A stretch of 63,969 bases of DNA, counting the filler, from Thelocarpon superellum (Eukaryota), in the NCBI GenBank assembly GCA_026025795.1. It is 14 parts of 14 records of this genome, joined end to end, with 100 filler letters (N's around TTAATTAATTAA, not from the genome) between each part and the next. Parts side by side here need not be neighbours in the genome. Positions count along the whole stretch, not along the records: positions 61,181 to 63,969 come from JAPEUG010000794.1; 13 more parts are not named here. One strand, written 5' to 3'. The notes beneath the pieces were generated by a model, which saw only the letters and a program-made list of their open reading frames with translations, did not search any database and was not told where the DNA came from. Shown here one piece after another: positions 63,032 to 63,969 of this stretch. Each line of letters starts with the position of its first letter. Within the stretch, counting starts at the first letter, position 1. Both the position numbers and the translations under genes were made by a program.

Positions 63032-63761
63032 GCGATCAAGACCCCTACGATTTGGCATTCTCCTTATGCGTCTCCTATACCCGGCATTTTTGGATCGACT
63101 CTGGTGTCGACTTCCCTTCGAACTACACCCTGCCTTGCTCACCTCTTTCGCCCTCCTGTATCCATCTCCACCGCCATCCGGTCCTCCCCTCCATCCTCCA
63201 TCAGTCATCAATCGCCACCTCTACCCTTCAGAGCTGACCATTCTCCGATTCCGTCTACTTCATGTCATCATCAACTTAACAAAGTTTCATTTCTTTCCTA
63301 TGTCTCTTGATTCCCAATACTATAGAATCTCATTGTACTACTTGATTCGCTCTCCTCAGTCTTCTTCTTCGCGACTTCCTCTAATGTTCTGCATTTCCCA
63401 CTGAAGATCTCATCGCAATTCCGTGGAATAGATAGAAAGAAAGAAAGAGAGACGGAAAGAAGGGAAGAGGGAGGCAACCTGGCGTTACATCTAGAAGGAG
63501 GAAAGGACGGATGGCCAAGGGCTAAGCGCGGAAAAAGGGAGCAAGCATTGCAGGCTGCGTTTGCATTGCGTTAATTGGGCGATGATGAGCGTGGCCCCCT
63601 GTGTCCGGTAAGCGTGCGTGGCGTGCGTTGCGTACGAAGTACGTTACTAGGTCAGACAGGAAAGGATAGGATAGGATCGGAGAAGGAAGAAGAATCGAGA
63701 TTCAACTCTTATCAAGTCTCCCACGGTTGCCATACCTACCGCGGCGCGGTTTGCGGGACAC

Positions 63762-63789
63762 GAGTACGAGTACGAGTACGAGTACGAGT
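63762..63789. repeat. (GAGTAC)n hexanucleotide microsatellite
   Basis: Tandem repeat read directly. Confidence 0.85.
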
Positions 63790-63969
63790 TTGTGGACGGG
63801 TGGCGCGTTCGTCGTGATTCACTACCAATGTCGTTCCTCGATTTTACTTGTGTGCGTGCAAGAACGAAGAACTGTACCTGGTAATGACTTGGGTACTAGT
63901 AACAGCAGCAGCAGCAGTAGCACAGAGTGAAAGAAGAGGGAGAGCGAGGTCGAGGCCGGGATCGAGGTT

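Overview
The window is fungal DNA (filamentous ascomycete, Pezizomycotina-like: short GT..AG introns with CTRAC branch points, GC-rich). It is not a contiguous locus. It consists of 14 contig pieces joined by 13 artificial 100-nt linkers (N44-TTAATTAATTAA-N44), and the 12 complete contigs are sorted by decreasing length (4703 to 4433 bp), so adjacency across a linker means nothing. Most content is housekeeping genes: SUN/Adg3, Snu23, a PLP aminotransferase, Rna15, an SDR, Smp3, Skp1, Rpl39, a carotenoid oxygenase, Mon1, Dopey, FEX, a PQ-loop protein, Rix1, DERA, a SPOUT methyltransferase, LicD, Pob3, LanCL, Sen2, Rad9, Msc2, a GH5 exoglucanase and an intron-containing tRNA-Arg(ACG). The main find is a ~2 kb region with no recognisable protein (~45000-46960, + strand) that folds by hand like a filamentous-fungal telomerase RNA. 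It shows nested long-range enclosing helices, a template-boundary hairpin, a single-stranded template, a candidate pseudoknot, a P5/P6/P6.1-like junction and 3' splice signals. Its template reads ACCCCAAC instead of TAACCCTAA, predicting non-canonical TTGGGG telomeres or a diverged TER paralog. Also found are a spliced SelK/SelG Cys homolog and Rpl39 (both absent from the ORF track), micro-exons carrying conserved motifs, and several orphan genes. All family calls come from motif recognition by eye, not database searches.
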